Positions 8,739 to 18,650 of a stretch of DNA of 64,000 nt are shown here, piece by piece. Within the stretch, counting starts at the first letter, position 1, and every line of letters starts with the position of its first letter. The translations under genes were made by a program, and so were the position numbers. The stretch comes from Candidatus Marinacidobacterales bacterium. GTDB taxonomy: Bacteria; Acidobacteriota; Vicinamibacteria; Marinacidobacterales; SMYC01. The stretch spans positions 1,280,001 to 1,344,000 of the forward strand of contig CBDCYI010000004.1 of NCBI GenBank assembly GCA_965224085.1, read 5' to 3'. The notes under the pieces are model-generated. The model searched no databases, had not been told where the DNA came from, and worked only from the letters and a program-made list of their open reading frames with translations.

Positions 8739-10349
8739 CTACTCGTCCCAGCTTTCTAGCGACATGGGAAAGGCTTCTCCCGTCCGCTCGGCGAACCGAC
8801 GGTTGATCTCATCAGCTTGCCTCGCCAGCTGCTCCTCGTCGAGGCCTGGGATACGCCCGCGTTCCACGACCTTCCTCCCGTCCACGATCACCGTTTCGAT
8901 ATCCCGCTGGCTCGCGAAGTAGACCATGGTTCGGATCGGGTCAAACGTGAGTGCCGTGTGGAGCCCCGTCAAGTCGACGATCACGATGTCGGCCTTGGCG
9001 CCAGGAGCGAGGCGGCCCAGGTCGGGTCTGTCGAGCGCAGCCGCTCCTCCCAAAGTCGAAGCGTTGAAGACGTCGCCCGCGGTGACCGCGGCCCGTTCCC
9101 TCTCCACGGTCTTGCCCATGATAGCTGCGACGCGCATCTCCATGAACATGTCCATGGGAAACGCGTCGGTGCCGATGGCGATGTTCACCCCGGCATCCAT
9201 GAACTTCGCGTAGGAGTGGAGCGGTAGGCCGTATCGTGCCCAGATCGCCGGCGTATGTCCTAGTGTGGTGCCGGTAGCTGCGAGCATCTCCGCGTCCCTA
9301 GGGTCTCGGATGGCGGTGTTAGGGGCGGGAGAGATGGGGTTGAGGCTCGTGTATAGGAGGTGGGTAAGGATCGTCTTTGGCCCGAGAAAGCCGATGTCGT
9401 GGAGGTAGTGCACCGGGGTCTTCCCGTATCGTCTTACGATCTCGTGATACTCGGGAAGGTATTGGGAGGTGTGCATGTGGATCGGAACATCTAGCTCCGA
9501 CGCCTTCTCCTTGGTCTGCCTGAGCAAACGCTCGGAGCAGTGGTCGAAGCGATATGGAAACAACATGGTGCGGATGCGGTCGTCGTCCGTTCCTTCGTAC
9601 TCGTTTACGAACCGAACCGCCTCGTCGAGGGCCCTCAAGCCTGCCTCCTCGTCGAAGTGGTAGCGGTCTCCGCTCTCGTCGGTGTAGCGCTTTGCGTCCA
9701 AGTAGGGATGCGAGAGGTACACCCGCGCTCCCATCTCGACGGCGGTTTCCGCGAGCGCTTCTACTTGTTCCCGTGGCGGCTGCAGCGCGGTGGAGCCGAA
9801 CGCGGTGATCTCGCCAATGGTCGTGGCACCGCCTTTTAGGAGCCCGGCGATCGAGAATCTGGCGCTGGTCCGGATGTCGTCGCCCTCGAAATACGCTCTC
9901 GGATTGGCGATGCCGTCGAGCATTCGGGCGCGGGTAACGGGAGAGGCTCCCGTGCCGAGTCCATCGATGCGAAAGTGGACGATGTCGATATTCGAGACCG
10001 CGTGGATGTTGATGAGCCCGGGAAGGATCAAGCGTCCTTCGGCCTCGATGACCTCGTCGGCGTTCCCGTCGTAGCTCTTCCCGACGTGGACGATCCGGTC
10101 GCCCTCGTAAACGACGACTCCGTCATCGATGAGGCGATGCTCCTGTCCGTCAAATCCAACGACCCAGCGACCGCGGACGAGCGTGCGCTTGGTCCCAGAC
10201 TGTTCGGACGAACTCCGCGGCGCGGACGAACTCCCTTCGCCACCCTCCACGGTGCCGCTACCCTCGTCACGCAGGGGATCCCAGCTCGCGAACATCCCCG
10301 CACCCGCCATGCCGGAGGCCGAGGTGGAAAGGAATCGTCGCCGGTTCAT
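8739..10349 (-). CDS. Amidohydrolase (AtzA/MTA-SAH deaminase-like) with Tat signal
   Basis: NRRRFL Tat motif; PGLINIH, IHMH, AIGTD, GRLAPGAKADIV; start 10349 or 10370. Confidence 0.85.
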   Translation of the reverse strand: MNRRRFLSTSASGMAGAGMFASWDPLRDEGSGTVEGGEGSSSAPRSSSEQSGTKRTLVRGRWVVGFDGQEHRLIDDGVVVYEGDRIVHVGKSYDGNADEVIEAEGRLILPGLINIHAVSNIDIVHFRIDGLGTGASPVTRARMLDGIANPRAYFEGDDIRTSARFSIAGLLKGGATTIGEITAFGSTALQPPREQVEALAETAVEMGARVYLSHPYLDAKRYTDESGDRYHFDEEAGLRALDEAVRFVNEYEGTDDDRIRTMLFPYRFDHCSERLLRQTKEKASELDVPIHMHTSQYLPEYHEIVRRYGKTPVHYLHDIGFLGPKTILTHLLYTSLNPISPAPNTAIRDPRDAEMLAATGTTLGHTPAIWARYGLPLHSYAKFMDAGVNIAIGTDAFPMDMFMEMRVAAIMGKTVERERAAVTAGDVFNASTLGGAAALDRPDLGRLAPGAKADIVIVDLTGLHTALTFDPIRTMVYFASQRDIETVIVDGRKVVERGRIPGLDEEQLARQADEINRRFAERTGEAFPMSLESWDE

Positions 10350-10428
10350 CGCAGCTTCTTGGTCTCTCATGACGTTTGCCCCCAGTGAGAAGTGGTCGCG
10401 ATGGCGATACAGCCCTGTGCGCGACTCA

Positions 10429-10713
10429 TCATTCACTATATACGCTCGAAACAACCGTGTTTCCTGAAATCTCGATGGCGCAGTTAGAAGCACCAAGATT
10501 GTAGACACTATCGACATACATGCGCTGTCCTGTGTCCGTTCCCGCAGTTCGGTATCGCAGGTAGTCCCCGGTATCTAGGACTTCCTCGACATGCGCGGCG
10601 TTGTGCCCTGAATGGAAGTTGGAACACAGCACCCTTAGCTCCTTCTCCGCCTCGAACCATGAGAAGGCGAGCCAAACGGCTGATACAGTGGCAACGATGA
10701 TTCCGGCCACCAA
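10429..10713 (-). CDS. Small hypothetical membrane-anchored protein (possibly 5' truncated)
   Basis: N-terminal TM helix then a soluble domain with 2 Cys. Confidence 0.4.
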   Translation of the reverse strand: MVAGIIVATVSAVWLAFSWFEAEKELRVLCSNFHSGHNAAHVEEVLDTGDYLRYRTAGTDTGQRMYVDSVYNLGASNCAIEISGNTVVSSVYSE

Positions 10714-10779
10714 CTCAAAGACTCTCGTCGCCGACCTAAGAGTCCGATCTCCGCTGCCGTCGATTCTCCGCTCAACACG

Positions 10780-10920
10780 GCGCCTAGCGCGAGAAGAGGC
10801 AAGTGTTCGGCCCTGACGAAACGATCGGCATCGAGGACGCTCTTCGATCGTACACGTGGAACGGTGCGTACCTCACCTACGAAGAAGATTTCAAAGGAAG
10901 TCTCGAAATTGGCAAGGTGG
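10780..10920 (+). pseudogene. Amidohydrolase_3 (YtcJ-like) fragment C
   Basis: VFGPDETIGIEDALRSYTWNGAYLTYEEDFKGSLEIGK. Confidence 0.8.
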
Positions 10921-11646
10921 CCGTGCAGCTGGTCGAGCGTTCGGTACCATTGCTTGAGTTGGCGAGACTCCACGCGAACCCGCGGGGAGCGACTCGCTCG
11001 CCGCTCCCCATCATCGCGCCACTGCGGCACCCACCGCCGCCCCTGCCGGTCGCAGACGAAGTCGGTCTCGAGCCAGCGCGCCAGACCGTGCTCGCTTGAC
11101 GGAGCACATAGCCGGTTGGCGACCAGCACCAAAGCTCGCTCGCTTAGCGCCACTCCGTCGCGCTTGCCGCGGCCTCCGAGCCGGTCGAGAATCTGCTCCA
11201 GTCCGAGCTCGCGCCACAGCGTCGCCGTCACCACCATCGGACCCCAATCCCACGCGTCTGCCCCCGCGATCTGCTCGGCTGCTCGCTCGGTGTCGGCCGG
11301 TTCACCGGCCCCAAGCAACCGATTGAGGGAGTCGAGATTGGCAACTAGGAGATCCTTGCGCCCCAAGTTGCACACTACGCGTTGCTTCGGCTTGCCGTGC
11401 TCCCGATACGACTCGACCAGGCGGACATACTCATGTTGAACCCCTTTGCCGCCTGCGGCCCGAACGATGCGGAAGAACATAACCTGTCCTCACGCATACT
11501 ACATATCATTGTCCACGATTACAACGTATTAATGGCGCTCAAAGCACAATATCTGTCTCTACGTTTTGGGCAAATTCAACCCCCGTTCCTTTGAATTCAG
11601 TCACTTACGAGCGTTAGGGTGCCCATAAAGGGTAAACATGGGCTAG
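10920..11646 (-). mobile_element. IS1634-family element, left half (transposase N-terminus, ATG 11480), inverted
   Basis: YVRLVESYREHGKPKQRVVCNLGR, LVANRLCAPSSE, WYRTLDQL; end repeat AAACATGGG next to CTAG at 11643-11646. Confidence 0.8.
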
Positions 11647-11806
11647 GCTGGGATCTGCACACGCACAACACGGGCGATCAGGCCATGCGTCAGACCGTCG
11701 ACCTCTATAAGGAGCTTCTCGACGAAGCGCGGGCGAGTCGACCAGACGCCGACCTGCGTTGGAGCATCATCCACGCTTACTTTCCCATCGAGCCGAAAAC
11801 GAAGAT
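11647..11806 (+). pseudogene. Amidohydrolase_3 fragment B
   Basis: GWDLHTHNTGDQAMRQTVDL...RWSIIHAYF. Confidence 0.8.
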
Positions 11807-12172
11807 GCGTCCCGTTTACCACCAGACCGATGAGCGTGTGGAGGCACATCTTTTCGTAGCTACGCTGGCCTTCCTTGTGCATCGGGCTCTTGAGAAAAAG
11901 CTCAAGGTCGCCGAACTCGACCTGTCCGCAACCGAGGCACTACAAGCGCTACGCTCGGTCCGGCTCGTCGACTTACAGCTGGGTTCTGGGCGGACCAAGC
12001 GCGTCGTCACGCGCGGCACCGCTCGCGCCAACTCGATCCTGACTGCACTCGGAATCGTTGAACGCGACCCGCCAGCCTTCTCCGAGGAGGTGCTGTCAGC
12101 GTAGAGACAAACCGCGGATCTCAGTCCTTTGTTTATGATGACTTAGAGACCTAAAAGGGAAACATGGGCTAG
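11804..12172 (+). mobile_element. IS1634-family element, right half (transposase C-terminus to 12104)
   Basis: MRPVYHQTDERVEAHLFVATLAF; end repeat AAACATGGG + CTAG (12169-12172). Confidence 0.8.
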
Positions 12173-12590
12173 CTCGAGCGCGGCGCGATACTGTGCCTCG
12201 CGAACATCGTTGTCGGCGACGACGGGGTAGCCGAAATTCCGTTCGCCCTCGAGCTCTTCCCACATCTCGAAGGGCTCGGAGACCCAGGCGCTTCTCGTGC
12301 CGACGCCACCGTCACTGTAGACCTTGATGCCACGCCATCTGAGAAAACGATCGCCGATGTTGTTGATCTTGAGACGGTCCAGATGAGCTCGGATATCGGC
12401 TGGGGAATGCCGATTGAACGTGCCTTCGTAGACGGCGCCTATGCGCAAATCGAGATAGCCTCGGTTCTTCGCTTCCTGATACACCTGAACGTTGTGGCCC
12501 ATTCGGGATGACGGATCGATGATGCTCGTGACGCCCAGCCGCAGCATCTCTTGCACACCGAGTCGAACACTTTCTACATCGTCGTCGAAC
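12173..12590 (-). pseudogene. Amidohydrolase_3 fragment A
   Basis: LGVTSIIDP, GIKVYSDGGVGTRSAW, REAQYRAALEL. Confidence 0.8.
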
Positions 12591-12611
12591 GAGAGCGACG
12601 GCGGCCGTTTC

Positions 12612-14186
12612 GTGACCAAGCGGCGCATGCTTTGGGTACCGCTCGTCTTGACGCTCGGTCTCGCGATGCTGTCCTTTGCACCTCGGGTGCAGGAGAGCCC
12701 AGTGCTGATCGGATCGTTTTGGGCTGCGGCCATGGTGTTGGTCGCCTGGCAGGCCGCGATGTTTCTGCGACACAAGGGCGAGCCTGCCCGTCGTTTCCTC
12801 CGCGTCGAGTTGCGCTCGCAGCACTATCTTCAGGCGACGGTCCAGCTGGCGGTGTTCGCGTACTGGGGTTACTACTGGCGACCCGTCTATGACTATTTCT
12901 GGCTCCTGGTGGCGCAGCTGTTGTTCGCGTATGCCTTCGACATGCTGCTCAACTGGTCGCGCCGCGAGACCTACGTTTTTGGCTTCGGTCCGTTCCCCAT
13001 CATCTTCAGCACGAACCTCTTTCTGTGGTTCAGGGATGACTGGTTCTACCTCCAGTTCGTGATGATCGCGGTCGGGTTCCTGGGGAAGGAATTCGTTCGC
13101 TGGAACCGCGACGGCCGGCGGGTGCACATCTTCAACCCGTCCGCCTTCTCGCTGGCGTTGTTCTCCCTCGTGTTGGTCGCGACGAACACGACGGACCTCA
13201 CGTGGGGCCGGGAGATCGCAACGACCCTGAGTCTCGCGCCGAATATTTATCTGTTTCTGTTCCTGACCGGCCTGGTCGTCATGTACTTCTGCTCGATCAC
13301 GCTGGTTGCCGCCTCGGCGGCGGTCGTCCTGTTCGGTGCGAGCGGGGTGTACTCGGCGGTGACAGGCGTGCCCTATTTCATCGATTCGGAGATTCCGACT
13401 GCCGTGTTTCTCGGTCTGCATCTGCTCGTTACCGATCCGTCGACCTCGCCGCGAACGCCGCTAGGCAAGCTCGTCTTTGGCGTACTGTACGGGCTTTTTG
13501 TGTTCGTGCTGTATGCGCTCCTCGGAGCGGCGGGAGTCCCCACCTTTTACGACAAGCTTCTCTGTGTGCCGCTCTTGAATTTGAGCGTTCAAGGGATCGA
13601 TCGCCTGGTGAGCGTAGTGCGTCGGACGCCTGCCATTCAGGATACCCCTCGTGGTCGTCTGCGCCTAAACCTAAACGGGAAACCCGCCCGCGCGAACCTT
13701 GCCTACATGGCGATCTGGGCGGCGTTTTTTGGCGTTATGGCGACCGTCGGGGCAACAGATGCGACGCATCGTGGTGACACGATTCCGTTCTGGGAGCAGG
13801 CGTGTAACGACGGTCGTCGGAACGCGTGCGAGCACTTGGTACAGATCGAGTCCTCATATTGCGGGGACAATTCAGGATGGGCGTGTAACGAGCTCGGCCG
13901 TCACTACATGGAAGGGAAGTTCACGGCCGCAGACTCCAGGCTGACGCTGGGCTACTTTTCGCGAGCCTGCGAAGCGCGGTTTTCGGCTGGCTGTTTCAAC
14001 CTGCTGGCTCCGGAGAGCCTCCGCCAGGCAAACCCGCGTGAACTCGACCTCCGGCTGTTGCTGCGTGAGGGCGGCACGAATCTGATGGAGATGCCGGAGC
14101 CGGACCTCTACGCTCGGGCCTGCGACCATGGATGGACGTTCGCGTGTCAAACAGCCCCGGGTGTCGAGTCAGGTGGAGGGTCTTAG
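12612..14186 (+). CDS. RnfD/NqrB-like (UnbU-like) membrane protein with C-terminal Cys-rich Sel1-like repeats
   Basis: HIFNPSAF and LLVTDPSTSPRT motifs, >10 TM helices; repeats such as ACNDGRRNAC, ACEARFSAGC, ACDHGWTFAC; start uncertain. Confidence 0.65.
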   Translation: MTKRRMLWVPLVLTLGLAMLSFAPRVQESPVLIGSFWAAAMVLVAWQAAMFLRHKGEPARRFLRVELRSQHYLQATVQLAVFAYWGYYWRPVYDYFWLLVAQLLFAYAFDMLLNWSRRETYVFGFGPFPIIFSTNLFLWFRDDWFYLQFVMIAVGFLGKEFVRWNRDGRRVHIFNPSAFSLALFSLVLVATNTTDLTWGREIATTLSLAPNIYLFLFLTGLVVMYFCSITLVAASAAVVLFGASGVYSAVTGVPYFIDSEIPTAVFLGLHLLVTDPSTSPRTPLGKLVFGVLYGLFVFVLYALLGAAGVPTFYDKLLCVPLLNLSVQGIDRLVSVVRRTPAIQDTPRGRLRLNLNGKPARANLAYMAIWAAFFGVMATVGATDATHRGDTIPFWEQACNDGRRNACEHLVQIESSYCGDNSGWACNELGRHYMEGKFTAADSRLTLGYFSRACEARFSAGCFNLLAPESLRQANPRELDLRLLLREGGTNLMEMPEPDLYARACDHGWTFACQTAPGVESGGGS

Positions 14187-14187
14187 A

Positions 14188-15136
14188 GTGACCACGGCAA
14201 AAGACCCACCCGAGCCTTCGGCGTCCCCGAGTGACGCCAAAGGGGTTGCGGTTATCGCGGCAATCACCGTTGCGGTGACAGGGTGGATGTATTCCCAGCG
14301 ACCACAGGGCGCGGCTCAGTCGACTCCCATATTCGCATCTGACTTTGCTGCTCTCTCGGGGTTCCGCCCGGACGCCTGGTTCCTCCCCGACGATGATCTT
14401 CTGGGATTCGTCGAGATTCCGGCCGGGCCGTTTCGGATGGGAAGCGACCCAAACATCGATCCACGCGCCGTCGACAACGAGCGATGGTCAGCGTCCAGCG
14501 ACCAGGGTACGGTGGACCTCCCGGTCTACTACATCGGTCGGTACGAGGTCACCGTCGCCCAGTTCCGCACGTTCGTCCAGGCGACAGAATTCAGCGTCGA
14601 TGCCCAGGCGCTCGGAGGGCCACCCGGTCGCCGCCGTGTCGTGGCCGGACGCACTTGCGTATTGCCGATGGCTCGAGACGACGTTGCGGGAATGGCCGCA
14701 CACGCCGCCGCCGCTGAGCCGTTTACTCAGCGATGGCTGGCGCGTGACCCTACCGAGTGAGGCGCAGTGGGAGAAGGCGGCGAGGGGAACAGACGGTCGT
14801 ATCTTTCCCTGGGGCAATGAACCCAGGCCGGACCGCGCAAACTATCGACGCTCGAGTGCGGCGCCCGTCGGCAGCTTCGCGTGCCCGGAGTGTCCCTTCG
14901 AGCTGTCCGATATGAGTGGGAACGTGTGGGAGCTGACACGAAGTCCGAATCGGCCTTACCCGTACGATCCGACGAACAAAATCGACCTCGATACGGATGC
15001 GCTCTGGGTGATGCGCGGTGGGTCATACGCCGATCCCGACCAGAACATCCGCGCCGCCATCCGTGGCGGAGCCGATCCGGGCGCGCGTCGTCCTTTCATC
15101 GGATTCCGTGTCGTCCTCACGCGTATCGTGCCCTGA
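14188..15136 (+). CDS. FGE-sulfatase (SUMF1/EgtB/PvdO) domain protein, frameshift near 14620
   Basis: IPAGPFRMGS, IGRYEVTVAQF, LPSEAQWEKAARG, DMSGNVWE, RGGSY, IGFRVV split across two frames. Confidence 0.85.
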
Positions 15137-15459
15137 GTTCGATGACGAATCTCGCACGCTGATTTTGGAATGTCGTCTCTAAGTTGCGGAAGCTCGATCG
15201 CTATATCGGGCTCGTCGAGGGTGGCGGCGATCCGGTGGAGGCGTTCGTGACCGTTTATGGCGCGGTCGGGGCGATAGAGCGCAAGCTCGCCGATCACGTC
15301 TAGGCGGTGGTTGTTCACTTACTTTTTGTCCGAAAATAGTGACTCAGTGGCCACGAAGGCGTTCGCGCCTGGAGCAAACGAAGTAGAAGTTACATCTAAC
15401 ATAGTCTAATTAACATATATAATAGGTTGATAACACTAAAATAGGTGTACAGTATTTTC

Positions 15460-15792
15460 ATGGTTCTGGAAACGCTTTTTGGTGGTAGCACCGCCGCCAA
15501 GGTTTTGATGTACCTGCAGAATTACGAGGAGGGGTACGCTAGTGGTATCTCAAAGACCTTCGGCATCCCCCAATCAATGGTGCAAAAGCAGCTCAAGAAG
15601 TTCGAGGCTTCAGATATACTCACGAGTCGTTCAATCGGCAACGCTCGGGTGTTTACGTGGAATTCCCGTAATCCAACCGTAGCTCCCCTGAGAGCTTTGC
15701 TTGCGGACTCTTTCAAGTACGTTCCGCGGGACGACATCGTTCGGTTCTACCGAGAGCGACGTCGGCCACGCCGAGCGAACAAACCTCTGTGA
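15460..15792 (+). CDS. Winged-helix DNA-binding protein (putative antitoxin/regulator)
   Basis: LETLFGG...YASGISKTFGIPQSMVQKQLKKFE HTH; GTGA overlap with the next gene. Confidence 0.75.
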   Translation: MVLETLFGGSTAAKVLMYLQNYEEGYASGISKTFGIPQSMVQKQLKKFEASDILTSRSIGNARVFTWNSRNPTVAPLRALLADSFKYVPRDDIVRFYRERRRPRRANKPL

Positions 15793-16358
15793 GTCGAATC
15801 CACAGAGGACTCAGCGTCGCCGAGTTGGCAGCGATGGTATCGGAGGCTCTCAACTCTGCCGGGATAGAAGCTGTGTTGGGCGGTGGCAGCGTTGCCACGA
15901 TCTACGCCGACAGCCAATGGGAATCAAAAGATCTTGACTTCATCGTCGCTCGGGTCGATCGAAAGCGAATCGTTGAAGTCTTAGCGAAGCTTGGCTTTCA
16001 ACAGGAATCGGCCGGCTGGTTTTCTCACGCCGACCATTCGCACTACGTCAATACATCATCTTGGCCAGTAGTGATCGGCGAGGAGCAAGTCGACCATTGG
16101 ATCACCCTGACTACCGAAGTAGGAGAGCTTCAAATTTTCACGCCGACCAAATGTGTGAAGGATCGATTGACGGGGTTCTACCACGATCACGATCGACAAT
16201 CTCTAGATCGCGCCGTCGCGGTATGTATCAAGCAAGACGTGGACCTGAAAGAGATCGAGCGTTGGTCCGAGCATGAGCGAGCACCCGAGAAGCTGAAAGA
16301 GTTTCTGGAAACCGTTCGCCGAGCGAAGGCTGCGCAGAAAAGGGAATCCCGCTCGTAG
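15789..16358 (+). CDS. Pol-beta-like nucleotidyltransferase (DUF6036/AbiEii-like)
   Basis: VLGGGSVATIY...SKDLDF motif. Confidence 0.7.
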   Translation: MSRIHRGLSVAELAAMVSEALNSAGIEAVLGGGSVATIYADSQWESKDLDFIVARVDRKRIVEVLAKLGFQQESAGWFSHADHSHYVNTSSWPVVIGEEQVDHWITLTTEVGELQIFTPTKCVKDRLTGFYHDHDRQSLDRAVAVCIKQDVDLKEIERWSEHERAPEKLKEFLETVRRAKAAQKRESRS

Positions 16359-16464
16359 TCGTATCGTTCCTGCCCGTCATGGTAGTGGTAGTGTCGATGC
16401 CGGAGATCTCCGGAACACTGCTCAGTCGCAACATCATTAAGGGATCAGGATTAACGGATGGCTC

Positions 16465-17796
16465 TCAATTCTCCGAAATCCGGTACAGGTGACGATAGCC
16501 CCGGAGATACATCTCGTCACCGACGATCGCGGGAGACGCGTCGAAGCCGTCGTCCAGGGAGTTCGTTGCGAGGATCTCGAGCTCGGGGCCATTGTCGAGA
16601 ACGAGTGCGTTGCCGTCGCGGCCGAGGATGTAGACACGGCCGTTCACCCCGACGGGCGACGAGTAGATCTCGTAAATGCCTTCGAGCCGTACCGGACCGT
16701 AATGCGCTTCGCCCGTCTTCGCGTCGCGAGCGGTCAGGATTCCGTTGTTGCTCTTCACGAGATACAGGATGTCCTCGTAAAGAAGAGGAGAGGGGACATA
16801 GGGTGTATCCCGGTCGACTTGCCAGAGAATGGCCGAGGTGTCCGTGATGTCGCCTTTGGCCTCGGATAAACGAGCGGCGAAAGCGGCGTTGCCGCGAAAG
16901 CCGCTCGTAACGTACACGATACCGTCCTTTTCGACGGGCGACGGGATGGCGTTCAAGGTGAGACCCGGTCCGGACCAGACGATCTCGCCGGTCTCCAAGT
17001 CGTAGCTCGTCACGTTCTTCGTTCCTGTGGCGATGACTTGAGAACGGCCGGCGTGATCGACGACGAGGGGCGTGCCCCAAGAGCTGACTTCGTCGCGAGC
17101 TTGGTGCCAAACCTCCTCGCCGCTGTTCTTGTCGAGCGCGGCGATGAAAGACTCGCGTTCGTGGTCCCATTGGACGACGACGACGTCTCCATGAAGCGCC
17201 GGTGACGCGCCTTCGCCGAAGCCGCCCCGCGTGTACAAGTCGCCGAAATCTTTGCTCCACTTCAAGTTGCCTTCCATGTCATAGGCGTAGAGGCCCCAGG
17301 AGTTGAAATAAGCGAGAAGGATCTCGCCGTCGGTCATGGCGGAGGCGGAAGCGTAGCTGTTATTGGCTTGCTTGCCGTCGTGTGGCATGGCTTTCGTCGC
17401 GGTCCGCTCCCAAGCGAGGCTCCCGTCGGCGCGGTTCAGAACGAGAAGCTTGAACTCCTGCTCGATCGATGTGGGCGGCGGCCCGCCGCGGCGACGCCTT
17501 TGCCCTTGCGGCGCGTTCGGGTTCGCGTGCGGCGCCAGCGGAGCGACAGATCCGTCGGTCGGAATCGCCGTCAAGATGTAGAGGTGCTCGCCCCAAATGA
17601 TGGGCGTCGAAGAGCCCTGGCCCGGCAGCGCGACTTTCCACTTTACGTTTTTTTCCTCGCTCCACTCGATGGGTGGGTTGGCGTCCTTCGCGATCCCGTC
17701 CATGCGCGAGCCTCGCCAACGCGTCCAATTGCCGTCCTCTGAAAAAAGCGTCGTCGCCACGAAACAGAGACAGATGCCAATGCCTAGCCTTTTCAT
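16465..17796 (-). CDS. Secreted PQQ-like beta-propeller (BamB-like) protein
   Basis: Signal peptide, NWTRWRG, SSTPII, YVPSPL, ASPAI repeats. Confidence 0.85.
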   Translation of the reverse strand: MKRLGIGICLCFVATTLFSEDGNWTRWRGSRMDGIAKDANPPIEWSEEKNVKWKVALPGQGSSTPIIWGEHLYILTAIPTDGSVAPLAPHANPNAPQGQRRRRGGPPPTSIEQEFKLLVLNRADGSLAWERTATKAMPHDGKQANNSYASASAMTDGEILLAYFNSWGLYAYDMEGNLKWSKDFGDLYTRGGFGEGASPALHGDVVVVQWDHERESFIAALDKNSGEEVWHQARDEVSSWGTPLVVDHAGRSQVIATGTKNVTSYDLETGEIVWSGPGLTLNAIPSPVEKDGIVYVTSGFRGNAAFAARLSEAKGDITDTSAILWQVDRDTPYVPSPLLYEDILYLVKSNNGILTARDAKTGEAHYGPVRLEGIYEIYSSPVGVNGRVYILGRDGNALVLDNGPELEILATNSLDDGFDASPAIVGDEMYLRGYRHLYRISEN

Positions 17797-17909
17797 CCGA
17801 TGGAACCTCCATCGCGAATTGTAGCAAAGTCGATGTAGCTCCCCGGGAGCTCACTTGGAAAATAGCGCGCCCTGTGGGCGGAGCAACGGCGTACGTGTAC
17901 ACACGGCGC

Positions 17910-18650
17910 TCACGACGGCAACAGCCCGAGGTGTTGGCACGCCAGGACGTATTTCGACGACCGGGTTACCCAGGGTTCGAGGGGGTGGAGGAGATCACGG
18001 ATGCGCTCTTCGTGACCAAACGGAGCTTTCCCTTCGAGGATCGTTAAGCCGGGGACACGCGCGGGGAAGCGGCGGCTCGGATACAGCCCGCCCTGTCCCC
18101 AGCAGGTGAGGTCGCGGTCGAGCGTGATGCGGATGGGGCCATCCAATGCTTCGTAGTACGTGCGCTCGTACTCGATCAGGAGCTTGGGCTCCGAGCGGGC
18201 TCGCAGGTGCTCCCGTAGGCGCGCCGGAAGAACGCGCGCGAGTCCGACGACGATCTCGTGAAAGGGCATCGAAGCGAGCGAGGCGCCAGGTACTATCGGC
18301 GCTCTCTCTTTGAAGATCCCGTCATCCTCGCGACGTTTGACTTCGAAAAAGAACCTCTTTTCCGGAAACGGGGTATCGTACCAACGGATGCGGGTCTTCG
18401 TGCGCCGCGACGTTCCGTCGAGGTTGGCGCGGCAAGCGCTCAGGGCCGCGTCGTCGAAATAGATGCTGCACACACGCGACCTCGCGCCTCCGTAGCTTAC
18501 GCGGCGGCAATTGACGTCCAGTATGGAGCGAAACTTCCCGGCGTCCACATTCGGAAGCGAGAACTTTAGCTCACGGCGCCCAGGTGCGGCGGCGCTCGCT
18601 GCCTCGAGAGCAAACGACAACGCGTCAGGGGATCTCATCAGCCTCGACAA
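17910..18650 (-). CDS. VTC (polyphosphate polymerase/CYTH-like) domain protein
   Basis: RRELKF, SIYFD, RTKTRIRWY, FFEVKRR, IRITLDRDL, SSKY. Confidence 0.85.
   Translation of the reverse strand: MSRLMRSPDALSFALEAASAAAPGRRELKFSLPNVDAGKFRSILDVNCRRVSYGGARSRVCSIYFDDAALSACRANLDGTSRRTKTRIRWYDTPFPEKRFFFEVKRREDDGIFKERAPIVPGASLASMPFHEIVVGLARVLPARLREHLRARSEPKLLIEYERTYYEALDGPIRITLDRDLTCWGQGGLYPSRRFPARVPGLTILEGKAPFGHEERIRDLLHPLEPWVTRSSKYVLACQHLGLLPS

Noticed and set aside
11619-12104. Novel amidohydrolase-transposase fusion protein (also 10635..11480)
   Set aside because: In-frame read-through across rearrangement junctions; neither part is complete
12612-14186. Calling this gene rnfD/nqrB of a respiratory Rnf/Nqr complex
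   Set aside because: No partner subunits nearby, no clear FMN-Thr motif, and an extra Sel1-like domain
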